64,000 nucleotides of DNA from Azolla caroliniana (Eukaryota; Plantae; Polypodiophyta), in the NCBI GenBank assembly GCA_043228905.1, contig JBHGNT010000002.1:1302001-1366000 (forward strand). Direction: 5' to 3'. The notes under the pieces were generated by a model. That model searched no databases. It was given only the letters and a program-made list of their open reading frames with translations, and had not been told where the DNA came from. This document shows, piece after piece, positions 63,201 through 64,000 of the stretch; within the stretch, counting starts at the first letter, position 1, and each line of letters begins with the position of its first letter. The position numbers and the translations under genes are program-made.

Positions 63201-64000
63201 TGCCGACGCCGGATGCCTGTGCCGCCGCTTGATGCCGGTGCCGACGCTGGATGCCAAGCCAGATACCGCCGCCGACGCCGGATACCGGTGCCGCATGTCG
63301 CCGCCGGATTGCCGTCGGATGCCGTCGGATCACCGGCTCCATCGCCGGTCCGGTTTTGGTTGGCCAAAACCCTTTTTTCGAGTAGCTAGCCACCTCCACT
63401 CTAAGTTCAAGTTACCTTGAACTCTCTATGCTCCACACATAAACACAAAGATAATATCTTTTGCTCCACCTTATATATGATGAGAGCTTTATTTGTCGTG
63501 CCTATGTGGGATATCTCACAATTTTCTCTTTTCTTTTCACAAACTTTATACCCTCATATCTTGACATTTAGTTGTCCATTTCTCGTGTAATAAAGTGCAT
63601 TCGAAACCTCCATCATTTTGTACTTAGATATTAAAAATGTTATCTTCACAATTATTGTATTACGTGATTCATACTCGATTTTGTACGTTTTATGGGATTT
63701 TCACACTATTGCCGAAAATCTTCACGACAACGGCGTGGCCGAGAGGAAGAATCGGTCAGTTGTGGAAGCGGCACGGGCAATGCTGGAGGAGAAGAGCTTG
63801 CCCAAGTTCTACTGGGCCGAGGCGGTAAGGACCGCGGTATACATCCAGAACCGGATCGGAGACAAAGTGTCGGCGCACGAACTATATTTCAGAACGAAGC
63901 CGAACTTGCAACACTTGAGGGTGTTCGGTAGCATTGCGTATGTGCATGTACTGAAGGAGAAAAGGAGGAAGTTGGACACAAAGGCCGAGAAATGCATCTT
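60218..64000 (+). mobile_element. Ty1/copia family X element: 5' LTR 60218-60679, iMet PBS 60680-60691, gag-PR-IN, runs off the window
   Basis: NYASWSYKM; CWYCGKKGHRESEC; VDSGASNHM; HSDVWGP; RSDGGKEY; stops at ~61076 and 61811. Confidence 0.93.
62647..63729 (-). mobile_element. Solo LTR E5 in copia integrase, with an A/B-box module at 63047-63100 (+) and a GC-rich array at 63150-63350
   Basis: Terminal inverted repeat TGTCGTGAAGA/TCTTCACGACA; TSD ACGG; TGGCTTAATGG and GGTTCGAATCC. Confidence 0.9.

Noticed and set aside
62647-63729. E elements as MITEs or Ginger-type DNA transposons
   Set aside because: The terminal inverted repeats are only ~7-12 bp and match D-family LTR ends, and the internal TATA polarity is LTR-like. 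Solo LTR is more parsimonious, though no internal region was seen to prove it.

Overview
Eukaryotic, gene-free, heavily nested LTR-retrotransposon graveyard. It is probably heterochromatin of a land plant; the tRNA-Met/Trp/Arg PBS types and the chromovirus fit a plant, possibly non-seed, which is inference only. No host genes or intact RNA genes were found. Main elements: (B) a 17.8-kb Ty3/gypsy element at 3312-21151 (+, TSD GAAAG) with a large extra 3' ORF, and a diverged relative (C) at 43649-56602 (-); (D) a Gag-only, tRNA-Trp-primed family with 4-bp CpG-centred TSDs (6994-13368 complete, three partial copies); (Y) a Ty1/copia family with a young near-intact copy at 50966-56291, decayed copies, and related solo LTRs carrying CCGG-rich 54-bp arrays; (X) a second copia family (460-977, 60218-64000); a chromodomain gypsy (29129-33692); another gypsy pol fragment (37000-39490); four AT-rich solo LTRs; and LINE remnants. 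Most notable observations: (1) B and C have no polypurine tract and instead share a covarying hairpin plus a tRNA-like ...GTGCCA tail 2 nt before the 3' LTR; (2) five distinct LTRs carry outward-facing tRNA-type A/B-box modules upstream of CATG-rich blocks; (3) a copia LTR appears to have inserted repeatedly at position +14 of its own LTR; (4) one element group targets CpG with 4-bp TSDs; (5) three copia-Y copies share a TGA at the same codon after the protease.
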